The translations under genes were made by a program, and so were the position numbers. A stretch of 64,000 nucleotides of DNA from an uncultured Syntrophobacterales bacterium (GTDB lineage: Bacteria > Desulfobacterota > Binatia > UBA9968 > JAJDTQ01): NCBI GenBank assembly GCA_964438895.1, contig CAYTMJ010000001.1:223746-287745 (forward strand), given 5' to 3'. Of this stretch, positions 10,503 through 20,758 are shown in pieces; the stretch's first letter is position 1, and each line of letters begins with the position of its first letter. The notes below the pieces were generated by a model. That model made no database searches, was not told the origin of the DNA, and saw only the letters and a program-made list of their open reading frames with translations.

Positions 10503-11494
10503 CACAAACGACGCCCCGAACCGTCATTCTGGGAACGGGCTCCGCCGTCCCCTCCACAGTGGTCACTAACGACGAACTCGCCAAGTTCGTCGACACCAAC
10601 GACGAGTGGATAACCACCCGCACAGGCATAAAGGAACGGCGGGTGCTAGAAAAAACTCAGGCCGCCTCGGACCTGGCCCTACGCGCTTCGGAACAGGCTT
10701 TGGAGGACGCTGGCCTGGCAGCCGAAGACCTGAATGCCATCATCGTTGGCACCTGCACCGCCGATTACCAGATCCCCAGCCTAGCCTGCGTCCTGGAAGC
10801 CAAGTTGGGGGCGAAGGGCGTGTTCTCGTTCGACGTCAACGCTGCCTGCTCAGGATTCCTAAACGCCCTTTCCGTGACCGACATGTTTATTCGGTCGGGG
10901 CAGATCCGTAACGCCTTAGTAGTTGGCACCGATGTCTTGAGCCGCTTCCTTGACTGGCAGGACCGCGGCACCTGTATTCTGTTCGGCGACGGTGCCGGCG
11001 CTGCAGTCGTCGGCGCTAGCGATGACGAGGACCGAGGCATCCTATCCTCTCGACTTCAGACCGACGGTTCCTACGCTGAGACGCTCTACATCCGGGCCGG
11101 CGGTTCCAAGAAACCCGCAACACAGGAAACTGTGGAGAATCGTGAGCACACGCTCTTCATGAACGGCAAAGAAGTCTTCAAGGTAGCGGTACGATCGATG
11201 GAGGAGATCAGCCGCCAGGTCCTGGACGAAGCCAACCTTTGCGTGGATGACGTTTCCCTCGTCGTTCCCCATCAGGCCAACAAGAGGATCATCGACGCCC
11301 TGGCTTCGCGACTCAACATCCCGATGGAGAAGGTCGTCGTTACCGTACACAAGTACGGCAACACCTCGGCCGCGTCCATACCCGTGGCGCTGGACGAGGT
11401 TCGGAGGGAAGGGCGTATCGCAGCGGGCGATATTGTTCTTCTGAACGCCTTTGGCGCTGGCTTTGCCTGGGGCGCTTCGGTCATCCGATTCTGA
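10499..11494 (+). CDS. fabH: 3-oxoacyl-ACP synthase III
   Basis: FabH N-terminus (GTGSAVP) with a C-terminal [10 protein letters not shown] motif. The start is placed at ATG 10499, overlapping the fabF stop in an ATGA arrangement. Confidence 0.9.
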   Translation: MTQTTPRTVILGTGSAVPSTVVTNDELAKFVDTNDEWITTRTGIKERRVLEKTQAASDLALRASEQALEDAGLAAEDLNAIIVGTCTADYQIPSLACVLEAKLGAKGVFSFDVNAACSGFLNALSVTDMFIRSGQIRNALVVGTDVLSRFLDWQDRGTCILFGDGAGAAVVGASDDEDRGILSSRLQTDGSYAETLYIRAGGSKKPATQETVENREHTLFMNGKEVFKVAVRSMEEISRQVLDEANLCVDDVSLVVPHQANKRIIDALASRLNIPMEKVVVTVHKYGNTSAASIPVALDEVRREGRIAAGDIVLLNAFGAGFAWGASVIRF

Positions 11495-11524
11495 CGCTTC
11501 TTCTCACCAAATCGTGGCTTTCAC

Positions 11525-12391
11525 GTGATCCCGGCTGAAGCTTTTGCCCTCGCATGCGGGTTCTTCACCGCCATTAACCTGCTCCTTCTTAGGAAAGGGA
11601 TGGCGTACGGCAACGCCATCACCGCTACTCTTATCTCCCTGGCCATTAACGTTCTGTCGTTTTGGAGCTTCATCCTGGTCGCGCTTCCGTGGGACCAGAT
11701 TCTGCGTCCGGAGCTGTTGATCTTCGTATTGGTAGGGTTGATCCAGCCCGGTGGTACCCGCTTCCTCGCCTACGTGAGCGTCGAAAAGGTCGGGGTAACT
11801 GTGACGGCACCCATCCGCGCCACCACGCCGTTGTTTTCATCACTACTTGCCATCATGGTTCTAGGGGAACACTTCACACCTGCGGTAGGTGCGGGTACGC
11901 TGTTGGTGGTCATGGGTATCATCCTGCTCAGCGCACATGAGAAGCAAGGCGGCAAGTGGCTAAATGTCCTGGTTGCATTGCCGTTGTTGAGTGCGTTCTT
12001 GGCCGGTTCCACCCAGGTCATCCGTAAGATCGGCCTAGGACAGATTCACATGCCAATCCTGGGAGCTGGGGTCACCACTGGCACCTCCTGCCTCGTCGTG
12101 GCCCTCTCGTTGGCCGTCTCCCGAAAATGGTCGGCCCTCGACTTCAACCGGAAGTCCTTGGGCTACTTCATCGTCGCCGGCTGCGTTATGACCCTAGGCG
12201 TTGCCAGCGTATACATGTCCCTGTACCTGTCGGACGTGGTCATCGTTGCGCCGTTGGCGAGCCTTAGCCCCCTCTACAGTCTCGTGCTCTCCGCGATCTT
12301 CCTACGCGAGGTCGAGGTCATCACCACTCGGCGGGTAGTGGCAGCCGCCTTAATCGTGCTAGGTGTCGTGCTGATCACTGCCATTCGGTAA
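11525..12391 (+). CDS. EamA/DMT-family membrane transporter
   Basis: About 10 predicted TM helices arranged as a duplicated EamA-like unit. Confidence 0.6.
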   Translation: MIPAEAFALACGFFTAINLLLLRKGMAYGNAITATLISLAINVLSFWSFILVALPWDQILRPELLIFVLVGLIQPGGTRFLAYVSVEKVGVTVTAPIRATTPLFSSLLAIMVLGEHFTPAVGAGTLLVVMGIILLSAHEKQGGKWLNVLVALPLLSAFLAGSTQVIRKIGLGQIHMPILGAGVTTGTSCLVVALSLAVSRKWSALDFNRKSLGYFIVAGCVMTLGVASVYMSLYLSDVVIVAPLASLSPLYSLVLSAIFLREVEVITTRRVVAAALIVLGVVLITAIR

Positions 12392-12490
12392 GGGACAATA
12401 GGCCCTACTGCAGAGCCACCCAACAGAAGTCGTAACGGGCTTGGAGTCTCGCACGCAGCAGCTCACAATTTCGCCACCAAGGAGGCGCCC

Positions 12491-13123
12491 ATGAAAAAGA
12501 TATTCAGCGAACACGTAGCTGCCAACAGCGGTTGGTCCGGAGACCTCAAGAAAGGCCAAGTCATTCGCATCATCGCAATGTCCACAGTGGACTTCCTGGT
12601 ACTGGACCGACACAACCTTCGGGAACGGTTCGATCAGGCCCGCACCAAAGTCTACAACGGGAAGATCTTCCTCAGTACCGGCGACAAGCTAATGTCACGG
12701 GACAACCAGCATTTCATGACGATCGTAGCCGACTCCTTCGAGCAAGGGACCCACGATCTACAAAAGGGCATGTGTAGCGGTCGCCGCTTCCAACTAGCCA
12801 AGGAAGAGGGGCGCTTGCAGGAATATTACCACCGGGACTACAGGGACGATGAGATCCCAGACCACGGCTGCTGGGAGAACCTCTCCGGGGCACTAGAACC
12901 CCACGGGATTGCTCCCGAGGACATCCCGAGCCCGTTCAACATCTTCCAGCACATGATCATCGACGGGAACACCGGCCTCATGCAGCACACTACCGTACGG
13001 CCCAAGACGCCCACCCATGTCGATATGCTCGCCGAGCGGGACCTCTTGGCTGCCTTCAGTGCGTGCCCGGACATGCCAGTAGGCGGCAAGCCAGTGGACG
13101 TGGAGATTCTTGAGGAGGATTAG
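12491..13123 (+). CDS. DUF1989 protein (urea-carboxylase-associated / carboxyguanidine deiminase CgdA/B-like), copy 1
   Basis: Conserved segments ERFDQARTK, TIVADSF..G.HDLQKGMCS, HGC.ENLS and DIPSPFNIF. It is a paralog of the gene at 20755-21408. Confidence 0.7.
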   Translation: MKKIFSEHVAANSGWSGDLKKGQVIRIIAMSTVDFLVLDRHNLRERFDQARTKVYNGKIFLSTGDKLMSRDNQHFMTIVADSFEQGTHDLQKGMCSGRRFQLAKEEGRLQEYYHRDYRDDEIPDHGCWENLSGALEPHGIAPEDIPSPFNIFQHMIIDGNTGLMQHTTVRPKTPTHVDMLAERDLLAAFSACPDMPVGGKPVDVEILEED

Positions 13124-13189
13124 GAAGGTTCTACCAACACCCCTCCCTACAAATTATTCCAATTTGGGACGGCACAATGGGTACTAGTG

Positions 13190-13858
13190 TTATTCAAACC
13201 CCATGCGACGGCCCCAGTTGGAGGGATCTTTGAGGAAATCGACGAGCTGGTTCCTGCCATCCTCCGAAAAAAATTGCATCTCCTCGCCGACATTCAGAAC
13301 GTCGTCCCAGTTAGACAAGGTGTGGAGGCTGATCTCATGATCTGCCAGGTTCTTGCTTCCCTCATGCTGGTCAAGCTCGTCGGAGCTATACTCAAAAACG
13401 CAGAGACAGTGGGAAATCCGCGCCTTCTGCGCTCGAACACCAATGTTGAAGCGGAGTTTACTGAAACCATCAGTCACCAAATCCTCAACCAGCATAACGC
13501 GTTGTCCTTCCCCAAGAACGCCCTCGATCTGGTTGGTCTGTCCGTAACCCTTTGGGTTCTTGCGGATATAAATCATGGGTTTCCGGAGGTAGTGCGACAC
13601 GAAGGCAGCATAGGGAATCCCCGCAGTCTCACCACCGGCCACCACGTCGATTTTGTCGAGGCCGATGTCACGACGGGCGATTTGGGCCAACGCCTCGAGG
13701 ATCTCGTCCCGGGCATCTGGAAAAGACAGCACCCGTCGGCAGTCAATATAGACCGGTGAGACTCTGCCTGAGACGAATACGAACGGTCGCTCGCGGTACA
13801 CCTGAATCGATTGCGTGCTCAACAACAACTCGGCAATTCTTTTTCCAATATCGGACAT
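13190..13858 (-). CDS. pyrE: Orotate phosphoribosyltransferase
   Basis: PRPP-binding motif VMLVEDLVTDG and the AGGETAGIPYA segment. The start is placed at the internal Met (MSDIGKR), not the ORF-track start. Confidence 0.8.
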   Translation of the reverse strand: MSDIGKRIAELLLSTQSIQVYRERPFVFVSGRVSPVYIDCRRVLSFPDARDEILEALAQIARRDIGLDKIDVVAGGETAGIPYAAFVSHYLRKPMIYIRKNPKGYGQTNQIEGVLGEGQRVMLVEDLVTDGFSKLRFNIGVRAQKARISHCLCVFEYSSDELDQHEGSKNLADHEISLHTLSNWDDVLNVGEEMQFFSEDGRNQLVDFLKDPSNWGRRMGFE

Positions 13859-14025
13859 GGGCTGGTCCCTCACGTTTTTAGGACTACCATCCGGCGGCAG
13901 CCAGGCAGCCAAATAGCTCGCGGCGGTGGTGTCCTCTAACACGACCGAGCGTATTGTGCCACCCGTTTGACCGACCGCACTTTTTTGTTACCATTCAAGT
14001 CTTTCTGATCTCATCGAGTTGTCGG

Positions 14026-15285
14026 ATGGAAGTCCCGAAAATCAATCAAGAAAGACTGTTACGCGATCTCAACACTGTCTCGCGAATCGGGTTGGGTGAG
14101 GGAGGCTCGGTCACTCGACTTGTGTTTTCGGTGCCCGAGCTTCGCGCTCGTCAGCTGCTGGTTCATCTAATGAACCAAAGCGGACTCGACGTACGCGTAG
14201 ACCCTGTCGGCAACATCTTCGGACGGTTACCAACACCACCGAAAGGACCCGCAGTGCTTGCTGGATCGCACCTCGATTCCGTCATCCAAGGAGGTCGGTA
14301 TGACGGCCCGGTAGGGGTGATCGGGGCCCTCGAAGCGGTTCGGACTATCAAGGAAAGCGGCATGAACCTGCCGGCTCCGCTGGAGAGCGTCTGTTTCGTA
14401 GGCGAAGAATCGAGCCGGTTCGGGTTCGCGACCCTGGGCAGTAGCCTGGTAGCGGGAGACGTTACCATGGATGACTTCGCCAACGCGGTAGACGCCAGCG
14501 GCATCCGACTCGAGGACGTACTTTCAAGCATGGGAATCCATCAGGACAATCTTGTTTCCCTCAAACGCGATCCAAAAACTATCAAAGCTTACCTTGAACT
14601 CCACATTGAACAGGGGCCGATACTTGAATCCAAGAAAAAGAAAGTCGGCGTGGTCACCGCCATCGCCGCCCCAAGCCGATTCAGGGTAGTTTTCCGTGGG
14701 CAGGCGGATCACAGTGGCACCACACCCATGGAAATGCGCCGGGACGCCCTTGTCGCCGCCGGGCACCTAATAACCTATATCGATGAGGTGTGCCGAGAAC
14801 ACTCTTCCGCCAAGAGGGGCCGGGTAGTAGGTACGGTGGGTGCCATAAAGGTCGAGCCGGGGGTCATCAACGCCATCCCGGGGCGAACCGAACTCCAGGT
14901 CGATGTGCGCAGCATCACGCTCGGGTCCAAACGGAAGGTGGCTGCGCTCATCAAGAAACGGACTCGGGAGATCGCGCGAGAGCGGAGGGTGGAGGCCGAC
15001 ATTCTTACCATCAGAGATGAGGAGCCAGTTACCCTACACCCACGAGTGATCTCGCTCATCCGCACCGCTTGTCAGGAAAGACAACTTGCCTTCGAAGTCA
15101 TGCCATCAGGTGCAGGTCACGACGCTATGCAAATGGCCAAGATAACACCCACCGGCATGATCTTCATCCCCAGCGTTAAGGGAGTCAGCCACAACCCCAC
15201 GGAATGGACCGACCCCAAGGACATCTGCCTCGGGACGCAACTTCTAGTGGAAACCCTCCTCCGAGCCGCTTATGCAAAGATCTAA
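14026..15285 (+). CDS. M20-family Zn amidohydrolase (allantoate amidohydrolase / N-carbamoyl-amino-acid hydrolase / beta-ureidopropionase type)
   Basis: AllC/AmaB-like metal-binding motifs GSHLDSV and GxxD, plus a dimerisation domain. The start is placed at MEVPKI. Confidence 0.8.
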   Translation: MEVPKINQERLLRDLNTVSRIGLGEGGSVTRLVFSVPELRARQLLVHLMNQSGLDVRVDPVGNIFGRLPTPPKGPAVLAGSHLDSVIQGGRYDGPVGVIGALEAVRTIKESGMNLPAPLESVCFVGEESSRFGFATLGSSLVAGDVTMDDFANAVDASGIRLEDVLSSMGIHQDNLVSLKRDPKTIKAYLELHIEQGPILESKKKKVGVVTAIAAPSRFRVVFRGQADHSGTTPMEMRRDALVAAGHLITYIDEVCREHSSAKRGRVVGTVGAIKVEPGVINAIPGRTELQVDVRSITLGSKRKVAALIKKRTREIARERRVEADILTIRDEEPVTLHPRVISLIRTACQERQLAFEVMPSGAGHDAMQMAKITPTGMIFIPSVKGVSHNPTEWTDPKDICLGTQLLVETLLRAAYAKI

Positions 15286-15817
15286 GACAAACAAAACGAC
15301 CCCATTGCTTAGCGCAAGCCAGATAGCGAGGACCCTCGCTGGCTTTGCCCGCCTGATTTCTCGTGAACACCACACCTCCAACTCGTTGGCGTTCATCGGT
15401 GTCCACACCCGGGGACCAACCTTAGCCCGACGAGTGGCGAAGGTTTTGAGGGAGAAACACGACCTGTCAGTTCCCGTCGGCGAAATCGACCCCACGCTTT
15501 ACCGAGACGACCTCAACGCCCTACTGCCGGAGGGGTGCATCGACACCACCCACATAACTTTCCAAATCACAGACAAGACCCTAATCCTGTTCGATGACGT
15601 GCTCCACACGGGCCGCACAGTGCGAGCTGCCGTGGACCATCTGATGGCCCTCGGTAGACCCAAGGCCGTTTTCCTCGCCGTTCTGGTAGATCGCGGCGGG
15701 CGAGAGCTTCCCATAGAGGCCCGTTTCATCGGCAAGCAGCTCGAAGTACCTAACGGCACAAACGTGCACGTCAGGCTCACGGAAATCGATAAGGTAGACG
15801 AGGTCGTAGCGTACTAA
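15272..15817 (+). CDS. pyrR: Pyrimidine operon regulator / uracil phosphoribosyltransferase PyrR
   Basis: PRTase motif ILFDDVLHTGRT and the YRDD motif, with PyrR-like length and N-terminus. Confidence 0.85.
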   Translation: MQRSKTNKTTPLLSASQIARTLAGFARLISREHHTSNSLAFIGVHTRGPTLARRVAKVLREKHDLSVPVGEIDPTLYRDDLNALLPEGCIDTTHITFQITDKTLILFDDVLHTGRTVRAAVDHLMALGRPKAVFLAVLVDRGGRELPIEARFIGKQLEVPNGTNVHVRLTEIDKVDEVVAY

Positions 15818-15905
15818 CGACAAACCGCTTGACAACGTGGGTTGATAAGGGCTATGTGGCAGTCCTTGGCGCACACGGACCCTAAATTTACGCCCATCTA
15901 AGTTC

Positions 15906-16736
15906 ATGAGTAAGAACCAACAATTGCCTACAGATCCGCCGCAGGACCCGTCGTTCAAGTCGTCCCTGAAAGGCTTCTACAACCGTCACCGAATGGGTTC
16001 AAATTTCCTTGTTTCCATGTTGCTGATGCTGGCACTCTGGGAACTTGCCGACCGCATCCTCAACGACCCAGATTTCTTTGCCGGCCCCATCCTCGTGTTT
16101 ATCGAATATGGCGTGCTTCTCCAGGAGCCCCGCTTCTGGGAGCACGTGAGTTACAGCGGCACCGAGCTCGTCTACGGATTTGCCTTAGCCGTATCCCTGG
16201 GGGTCATCATTGGAGCGGGAGTGGCGTTCAGCCGGACTCTGGATGAGATGTTCTCACCCATTCTCGTGGGCCTCTACGCGACACCGCGCTCGGTGGCAGC
16301 CCCCCTATTTATCATATGGTTGGGACTTGGCATCGCTTCCAAGGTTGGGGTGATAACCCTCGCCTCGGTTTTTCCTGTGATCATCAACACCCAAGCCGGC
16401 ATCAAAAATGTACAGGGTGAGTACCGCATGCTGGGAAGGGCTTTCAACATCTCGTGGTGGTCGATGTTGGTGAAAATCATCATTCCGGGGTCCGTGCCGT
16501 TCCTGATCGCAGGCCTGAGACTAGGATACTCGCGGTCCGTGGTCACCATAATGGTGGCTGAGCTTTTCGGAGCCGAGGCGGGCATCGGCTATATGATAGA
16601 CCACGCCGCTCAGACATTCCATGTGGCGGAGATGATGGTGGGTATTACACTGTTAACCATGCTGGGAGTCGTAGGAAATGAGCTCCTGAAATTTCTCGAA
16701 CGCTGGGCCACCCCCTATAAGGAGACTCTGGTCTAG
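15906..16736 (+). CDS. ABC transporter permease (NitT/TauT family)
   Basis: Six TM helices and an EAA-like loop; it is the first of two tandem permease genes. Confidence 0.85.
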   Translation: MSKNQQLPTDPPQDPSFKSSLKGFYNRHRMGSNFLVSMLLMLALWELADRILNDPDFFAGPILVFIEYGVLLQEPRFWEHVSYSGTELVYGFALAVSLGVIIGAGVAFSRTLDEMFSPILVGLYATPRSVAAPLFIIWLGLGIASKVGVITLASVFPVIINTQAGIKNVQGEYRMLGRAFNISWWSMLVKIIIPGSVPFLIAGLRLGYSRSVVTIMVAELFGAEAGIGYMIDHAAQTFHVAEMMVGITLLTMLGVVGNELLKFLERWATPYKETLV

Positions 16737-16751
16737 GTCGATGGGAAACTC

Positions 16752-17537
16752 ATGGACGCCCTGAGAAACATATATCAGACACAGCGCAAACTACTGAATG
16801 CGATCCTAGGTTTCGCCGTTGTGTTCATTGTCTGGGGGGTTGCCGACCAGCAGGTAGGGAGCGAACTGTTCTTCGTTGGGCCGTGGCGGGTCGCCACCTA
16901 CACGTACGAGCTCTTTGCCAGCGGGGCGATCCTTGATGATCTCCAAATCAGTGGCATCGAATTTTTCTGGGGTTACGGTACCGCTGCGGTGGTGGGCGTC
17001 AGCTTGGGAATGATCTTCGGCATCAGCCGGGTCTTTCGGGAGTTCTTCGATCCTTGGCTCAGCGCACTCTATGCCACGCCTTCCGTGGCTCTGGCACCCT
17101 TAATCATCGTTTGGTTTGGCATAGATCTCACCGCCAAGATCGTCGTCGTCCTTATCAGTGCCGTAGTACCCATCATCCTGAACACCTACACAGGCGTGCT
17201 AAGCGTCGGTAAGGAATTTCAGATGCTGGCCGCATCCTTCTGCACCCCCAAGAATCAGGTCCTCTACAAGATCCTCATTCCGGGTTCACTCCCATACATT
17301 GTTACGGGTCTGCGCCTGGGGATCTCCCGGGGGATCGTGGGGGTCGTGGTGGGAGAATATTTCGGCGCCTATGCGGGACTGGGCTACCAATTGTTTTATG
17401 GGCTAGACACGTACAACATGCCGCTGATGATGTCCTGTGCCGCCATGCTGGCCGGCACCGGCGTCCTTTTCAATCACGTTATCCTCGTCATAGAACGACG
17501 TATGGCGCCGTGGCGTGATTCCACATTGCAGGAGTAG
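16752..17537 (+). CDS. ABC transporter permease (NitT/TauT family)
   Basis: Paralogous to the upstream permease. Confidence 0.85.
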   Translation: MDALRNIYQTQRKLLNAILGFAVVFIVWGVADQQVGSELFFVGPWRVATYTYELFASGAILDDLQISGIEFFWGYGTAAVVGVSLGMIFGISRVFREFFDPWLSALYATPSVALAPLIIVWFGIDLTAKIVVVLISAVVPIILNTYTGVLSVGKEFQMLAASFCTPKNQVLYKILIPGSLPYIVTGLRLGISRGIVGVVVGEYFGAYAGLGYQLFYGLDTYNMPLMMSCAAMLAGTGVLFNHVILVIERRMAPWRDSTLQE

Positions 17538-17540
17538 TTC

Positions 17541-18332
17541 GTGGCATCATCCATACAAGTAGACCAAATCCACAAGACCTTCATCAAACCCACCGGAGAA
17601 ACCGTACATGCAGTGGGTGGTATTACCATGGATCTGCAGCCGGGGACGTTCTATTCGTTCGTCGGACCCAGCGGATGTGGCAAGACCACCTTGCTGCATA
17701 TGATCCACGGGCTGCTGCCCCCCACCACGGGCCGGGTGCTTCTCGATGGGGAAGAGGTGACAGGCCCGACACCCAACAAGGCCGTAGTGTTCCAACAGGC
17801 GTTGCTGCTGCCTTGGCGTACCGTGACGGAAAACATCAAGTTCGGGATTGAGAACGACCGCGACAAGACCGCCGCTGACAAGCAGGAGATCTGCGATAAA
17901 TATACTCAAATTGTCGGGCTGCGCGGCTTCGAAGGGCATTATCCTCACGAGCTTTCGGGCGGTATGCAGCAAAGAGTGAACCTCGCCCGAGCGCTAGCAG
18001 TGGATCCTGAAATCCTCTTGATGGACGAGCCCTTTGCATCGCTTGACGCCCAGACTCGCCTGCTCATGCAGGAGGAACTCCAGCGCATGGTGGACTGGAA
18101 GAACTCCGGCAAGATCGTTATCTTCGTCACCCACGACATCGAAGAGGCCGTCTTTCTTTCGGACGTCGTGTTCTGCTTCAGTTTCAGGCCAGGAACAATC
18201 ATGAAGCAGATTTCGGTACCCTTCCCCACCCCGCGGACGTTGCGGGTCAAAGAGGAGCCCGAATTTTTGCAGATCAAGCACGATATATGGGAGTTGCTGT
18301 CGGATGAAGCCCGTAAGGCCATGGAGGAGTAG
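17541..18332 (+). CDS. ABC transporter ATP-binding protein
   Basis: Walker A motif GPSGCGKTT, ABC signature LSGGMQQR and Walker B motif LLMDEP. Confidence 0.9.
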   Translation: MASSIQVDQIHKTFIKPTGETVHAVGGITMDLQPGTFYSFVGPSGCGKTTLLHMIHGLLPPTTGRVLLDGEEVTGPTPNKAVVFQQALLLPWRTVTENIKFGIENDRDKTAADKQEICDKYTQIVGLRGFEGHYPHELSGGMQQRVNLARALAVDPEILLMDEPFASLDAQTRLLMQEELQRMVDWKNSGKIVIFVTHDIEEAVFLSDVVFCFSFRPGTIMKQISVPFPTPRTLRVKEEPEFLQIKHDIWELLSDEARKAMEE

Positions 18333-18461
18333 GGCGGGAAGACTAGGCCACAGATTCTCATAGAGAAACGTCAAATGGAGTCAAATGCCGGAAGGCCGGC
18401 GCTCAACTGACCGAAAGCAAAAGGGAACTAGGAATTCATTCCAAAAAGAAGGAGGGTAGAA

Positions 18462-19481
18462 ATGGAACTTAAGCGCATTTCAAAAGGAATCGCCGCAATC
18501 GTCCTGGGCGTTGGCTTGCTCTGGGGTGGCCAGTCGCTCGCACTGGATGATCTCCGTATCCCGGTTGCGATGACCAGCACCACCACAGCCTTGGTGGAGC
18601 AGACGGCCATCTATAAGGGCTTCTTTAAGGAGATCGGCTACAACGCCAAGGTCTACTCGGTATCGGGTGGCGAGCAGGCCGCCGTCCTCGCTTTGGAACG
18701 GGGCCAACTCCCTTTCTTTGGCACAGATGACAACATCCCTCTCGCGCTCCGACCTGGCAGCAATATCCGAGTCGTCGGTAGCGAGATGAACACCCTGCCA
18801 TACTGGTTAGTGGGTGGAAAAAACTTCAAGTCCTACAAGGACTTGCCGCGGCCCGTTAAGGTCGGAATAAGCTCTCCTACCTCGGGCAACGTCTACGTGT
18901 CCCTCAAGCTGCTCGAAACTGCCGGCATCCCGCAGAAAGACACACGCTTGATCAAAGTCGGCGGATCGTCGGGACGGCTTGCGGCCGTCAAAGCGGGTAA
19001 GGTCGATGTAGGCTCACTCACTTTCGGCGTGATGCTTCGAGCCAAGGAAGCGAACCTGTCGATCCTTGGCGCCGCAAACCAGTTCGTCAAGGAATACGCG
19101 TTCCTTCAACTGGCCATGAACAAGAACTACATAAAGAACAAGCCGGAAAAAGCCACAGCCATGCTTGGCACTCTCATTCGCGCTTGTGCTTTCGTGAACG
19201 ACCCCAAGAACCGCGACGAGGTACTGCATGTCATTACCAAAGTCATGCGCAACAAGCCGAACATCGGTAAAGAAATGTACGAGACCGAGGTCATTGAGCA
19301 AGGCGCCATACCGAACCGGTGTCAGGTAACGAAGGCGGGAATCAAGTCGTACATCGATTCCGCTATCTGGAGCAAATCCCTGGACGCAAAGTACGCGAAC
19401 GCATCGACGGACGACATCATGCTCCCCAAGTTCTACAACAAGGCCTTGGCCTGGTTTAACAACAAGGGGTGGAAGAAGTAG
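18462..19481 (+). CDS. ABC substrate-binding protein (NMT1/THI5 / SsuA-TauA-like) with signal peptide
   Basis: An N-terminal signal peptide plus periplasmic binding protein architecture, located in the same operon as the permeases and ATPase. Confidence 0.8.
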   Translation: MELKRISKGIAAIVLGVGLLWGGQSLALDDLRIPVAMTSTTTALVEQTAIYKGFFKEIGYNAKVYSVSGGEQAAVLALERGQLPFFGTDDNIPLALRPGSNIRVVGSEMNTLPYWLVGGKNFKSYKDLPRPVKVGISSPTSGNVYVSLKLLETAGIPQKDTRLIKVGGSSGRLAAVKAGKVDVGSLTFGVMLRAKEANLSILGAANQFVKEYAFLQLAMNKNYIKNKPEKATAMLGTLIRACAFVNDPKNRDEVLHVITKVMRNKPNIGKEMYETEVIEQGAIPNRCQVTKAGIKSYIDSAIWSKSLDAKYANASTDDIMLPKFYNKALAWFNNKGWKK

Positions 19482-19508
19482 GACAGAGATTCCAGGAGTT
19501 GAAGTGTA

Positions 19509-19556
19509 GAAAAGGGACCTTTCCGACGTTACGTGCGCCGGAGGGTCCCTTTTTAT
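19509..19556. terminator. Bidirectional hairpin terminator between convergent genes
   Basis: The stem aaaagggacc...ggtccctttt has an inner tccg/cgga extension and a T-run on the + strand and an A-run on the - strand. It overlaps the stop of the minus-strand M20 gene. Confidence 0.5.
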
Positions 19557-20758
19557 TCCACCAACAGTTGAAGGGCAGCCGCAGCATAGATCCTAGCTGC
19601 CTGGCGTACCTGTTCCAGCGGGACTATTTCGGCATCGGTGTGCGCGAAGGCGAGATCTCCCGGACCGAACATAACGGTTTCGATAGCCTTCTCGTTCAAG
19701 TACCCCGCATCAAGCGCTGCCGGGAACCAGATCGGCGATCCCTTCTCCCCGGCGATTTCACGCGCCGCACCCAGAGCCGCGGCCACCTGGCTGCCTTCTG
19801 ACACCTCAGACGGATACATGAAATTGCCCTGACTAACTTCCACCTGCCAGGGCGTGATGTCCGCCAATGCCCGGGAAATAGCGGCCAACGCCTCCTGAGG
19901 CTCCTCACCCGGCAAGAGACGGCGGTCCAGCATTAACCGACAATGGTCCTGAATGGTGTGCAGAATGTCAGGGCCGCTCTCGATATGAGTGGCCACCAGG
20001 CTCGCCTCACCGAGTCCCGGGTGGACAAAGCCACCTACCAGGCCGTCGAGGCGCTCTAACACCGCTCGCGCCCCGTCCACCGCATTAACCCCAGCCCATG
20101 GCGTGCTGCTGTGGCATGACTTACCCCGCACCACAACGTCCACATCGATCCTACCCTTATTGCCCAGGCAGACGTGATTAGTAGTGCCCAGGCCGACAAT
20201 ACCGTAACGGGCCAAAAGCCCGCCTTCCTCCAGCATATATCGAGCCGCATCGTGCCGCCCGGTCTCACCGGCCGTGCTCACGGCCAGCAACAGCGGCCGC
20301 GCCAACTCTCGCCCCGACCGTCGCACGACGGCCGCTGCCTCCAGCATGGCGGCCAGCGCAGCCTTTTGCTCACAACCTCCCCGGCCCCACGCGCACGGCC
20401 CCTGAAGCCCGTAGGGCTCCCCGGGCACAATCCTTCCCGAGAACGGCTCCGGCATCGAAGCCGCCGGGAACGTCATCGCGTAGCCCATGAAGAGCAGGCC
20501 TTGCGCCAATGCCGCTCCCACGCCCCCGAACTGCCAGAGCAGATTTCCCATTCCGTCGGCGACAGGTGCCACCCCAGTGAGATCTTCGATTCTCGCCGCC
20601 ACCACCTCCGCCACGAAGGCCTTAAGGGCCGGATCGGCTTCCATGAGCTCCGTGTGGACGGACGGGACCCGCAGCAACTCCGTGAACAGCGCGTCCAGCT
20701 CCGGATCGGAGACGTGAAGGTCTGCGATCTGAACGGCTTCCCTAGCATCCATCGTCAC
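19553..20758 (-). CDS. M20-family peptidase (ArgE/DapE/acetylornithine deacetylase-like)
   Basis: 401 aa with the M20 metal-binding pattern. It is translationally coupled by a 4-bp overlap to the DUF1989 copy upstream of it. Confidence 0.75.
   Translation of the reverse strand: MTMDAREAVQIADLHVSDPELDALFTELLRVPSVHTELMEADPALKAFVAEVVAARIEDLTGVAPVADGMGNLLWQFGGVGAALAQGLLFMGYAMTFPAASMPEPFSGRIVPGEPYGLQGPCAWGRGGCEQKAALAAMLEAAAVVRRSGRELARPLLLAVSTAGETGRHDAARYMLEEGGLLARYGIVGLGTTNHVCLGNKGRIDVDVVVRGKSCHSSTPWAGVNAVDGARAVLERLDGLVGGFVHPGLGEASLVATHIESGPDILHTIQDHCRLMLDRRLLPGEEPQEALAAISRALADITPWQVEVSQGNFMYPSEVSEGSQVAAALGAAREIAGEKGSPIWFPAALDAGYLNEKAIETVMFGPGDLAFAHTDAEIVPLEQVRQAARIYAAAALQLLVE

Noticed and set aside
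12392-12490. Possible guanidine riboswitch in the leader of DUF1989 copy 1.
   Set aside because: I looked for ykkC-type conserved blocks and for mini-ykkC paired hairpins with ACGR loops. Only an isolated ACGG without a supporting stem was found. It needs a covariance-model scan to decide.
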